A DNA stretch of 63,868 nt, counting the filler, from Reclinomonas americana ATCC 50394 (Eukaryota): the NCBI GenBank assembly GCA_048213135.1. It is 8 parts of 3 records of this genome, joined end to end, with 100 filler letters (N's around TTAATTAATTAA, not from the genome) between each part and the next. Parts side by side here need not be neighbours in the genome. Positions count along the whole stretch, not along the records: positions 60,062 to 63,868 come from PS015052.1; 7 more parts are not named here. One strand, written 5' to 3'. A program made the translations under genes and the position numbers. Below the pieces are notes generated by a model. The model did no database searches. It was not told where the DNA came from and saw nothing but the letters and a program-made list of their open reading frames with translations. Shown in pieces: positions 63,744 through 63,868 of this stretch; positions within the stretch are counted from its first letter, which is position 1, and each line of letters begins with the position of its first letter.

Positions 63744-63868
<125 letters not shown>

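Overview
Intron-rich eukaryotic DNA, probably from a unicellular protist (inferred from short GT-AG introns of about 60-85 nt, tight gene packing and abundant (GA)n/(CA)n tracts). It is a gappy draft scaffold with seven artificial TTAATTAATTAA linkers. Spliced genes recognised, in order: Eco1/ESCO acetyltransferase; a TKL-type kinase with an N-terminal degenerate Rho-like domain; RPP40; a Nup50/RanBD-like C-terminus; a secreted M36 (fungalysin) peptidase of apparently myxobacterial type; a high-identity WD40 propeller between two diverged ~590 bp direct repeats; a giant protein built from FN3-like domains, each interrupted by an NHL-repeat block (two of its contigs look inverted); a head-to-head pair of paralogous kinesins with degenerate motors; golgin-84; TRMT11; a Groucho/TLE-like WD40 protein; and SSRP1. 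The strongest leads are the divergent pseudo-kinesin pair with a shared tail motif, the Groucho/TLE homologue, the recurrent atypical GTTGCG splice donor (15 cases), the nested FN3[NHL] protein, the bacterial-type M36 gene and the Rho-pseudoGTPase-kinase fusion. All calls come from manual splicing and recalled family motifs. No database search was run, and some internal coordinates are approximate.
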